32,000 bases of DNA from Candidatus Saccharimonadota bacterium (GTDB taxonomy: Bacteria; Patescibacteriota; Microgenomatia; UBA1406; GWC2-37-13). Below are positions 31,132 to 32,000 of the stretch, piece by piece (within the stretch, counting starts at the first letter, position 1; each line of letters starts with the position of its first letter). Below the pieces are notes generated by a model. It was not told the DNA's origin, did no database searches, and saw nothing but the letters and a program-made list of their open reading frames with translations. The position numbers and the translations under genes were made by a program. Location: assembly GCA_016700135.1 (NCBI GenBank), contig CP065004.1, positions 870,001 to 902,000 on the forward strand. Reading direction: 5' to 3'.

Positions 31132-32000
31132 ATGACAGCGTTTTTTAAGAAATTTCATATCTGGATTCTTCTCATATCCGCATTCGCGATCCGTCTCATC
31201 CATCTCGATCAGTCACTCTGGCTTGATGAGGCCACTACCGCTGTCACGGTCCAAAGATATTCATTCTGGGAAATTGTTACACAGTTCTCCCCTGCCGATT
31301 TCCATCCGCCTCTCTATTATCTTTTCATGGACATATGGACATCATTTTTGGGCTATTCAGAAATTGCTCTCCGGATGCCAAGCGTGATATTCAGCGTGGC
31401 AGCAGGATATTTTGTATACAAAGCAGCACGGAGACTGTTTCCCGCCACGGAGCACGGACTCGGAGCGGCAGTGCTCAGCGCCGTCTTTTTCCTCTTCAAC
31501 CCCCTTATTGTCTATTATGCACAGGAAGCACGGATGTATGCATTTGTCACCTTCCTCGTTGCCGCCAACTTTTATTATCTTCTGACTCTCATGACACGGA
31601 AAGTCCCAAACAGTAGCCTTTACTTTCACCTCACTCTTGGTGCCATGTTTTTGACATTCTATGCCAGCATTTTCTACATCGGAGCAGTCATCCTCTATCT
31701 TCTCTATCACAAAAAATATCCGCTCCTTGTCTCGGCGGTCACCACTGTTCTGGCCAGTATCACCGTCGTCTTCCCGCTTCTTTATACGCAGTACACCGGC
31801 TCAAAAACGGCGCTTGAAGCCGTCAAAAACTGGTCATTGGTACTCGGTACCGTATCTCTGAAAAATATCATTCTCATCCCGATCAAATTCACCTCAGGGC
31901 GTATCAGTTTTGAACCGAAAGTTGTATATTATATTCTTGCAGGAGTATGGGCATTGTTATCGTTCTATCTTGCCTCTCTTCTTGTCATTCCGGACTTGAT
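31132..32000 (+). CDS. GT39/PMT_2-like membrane glycosyltransferase (ArnT/PMT-type), 3'-partial, not in the ORF track
   Basis: My own translation is open from the ATG at 31132 to the window end: MTAFFKKFHIWILLISAFAIRLIHLDQSLWLDEATTA..FHPPLYYLF..AQEARMYAF... It is polytopic, and the LWLDEA acidic motif in the first loop is typical of GT-C enzymes. The track ORFs at 31335-31861 are its shadow frames. Confidence 0.8.
   Translation, partial: MTAFFKKFHIWILLISAFAIRLIHLDQSLWLDEATTAVTVQRYSFWEIVTQFSPADFHPPLYYLFMDIWTSFLGYSEIALRMPSVIFSVAAGYFVYKAARRLFPATEHGLGAAVLSAVFFLFNPLIVYYAQEARMYAFVTFLVAANFYYLLTLMTRKVPNSSLYFHLTLGAMFLTFYASIFYIGAVILYLLYHKKYPLLVSAVTTVLASITVVFPLLYTQYTGSKTALEAVKNWSLVLGTVSLKNIILIPIKFTSGRISFEPKVVYYILAGVWALLSFYLASLLVIPDL

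Noticed and set aside
31335-31861. Track ORFs at 31335-31616 (+), 31357-31710 (-) and 31661-31861 (+)
   Set aside because: They overlap the open frame starting at 31132, which has strong GT39-like membrane protein features and runs to the window edge. They are alternative-frame artefacts.

Overview
This is a 32-kb bacterial window with two compositional halves. No rRNA and no CRISPR array were seen.

**Left half (1 to about 16.3 kb): a decayed, mosaic mobile region.**
- A partial IS1595-family IS lies at the left edge.
- Next is a serine recombinase gene that is frameshifted and cut by that IS.
- A tightly packed four-gene minus-strand operon follows: a DHH-like phosphoesterase / P-loop NTPase fusion, a 499-aa unknown, a 1291-aa DEAH/RHA (HrpA-like) helicase with a non-canonical DEFD motif II, and a 417-aa unknown. 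It is divergent from a small XRE regulator.
- After that comes a phage-type module (ParB-methylase, methylase, small-terminase-like HTH protein, large terminase) with no structural genes.
- The region ends with a hypothetical gene and a ~200-aa ORF split by a second, identical IS copy.

**Right half (about 16.3 kb onward): chromosomal-looking backbone.**
- Genes are a rhomboid protease, tRNA-Leu(UAG), a Cys-rich membrane-anchored repeat protein, a Xer-type tyrosine recombinase, a frameshifted DUF2079 membrane protein, a GT2 glycosyltransferase, an EamA transporter, GalE, a PIG-L deacetylase, an isoaspartyl peptidase/asparaginase, tRNA-Gly(UCC), and a GT39-like glycosyltransferase that runs off the right edge (absent from the ORF track).
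- Directly after tRNA-Gly the backbone is interrupted by a very AT-rich islet. It holds two overlapping small ORFs, the third identical IS copy and a PD-(D/E)xK-like ORF.

**Most interesting:**
1. The helicase / DHH / P-loop four-gene operon is a candidate undescribed RNA- or nucleotide-directed conflict system carried on a mobile element.
2. A 54-nt tRNA-like minigene with its own promoter and an encoded CCA sits at the mobile/backbone boundary.

Taxonomy cannot be determined from this window. Gene content and the rarity of Shine-Dalgarno sequences are compatible with a small-genome (CPR/Patescibacteria-like) bacterium that uses the standard code (TGA serves as a real stop).
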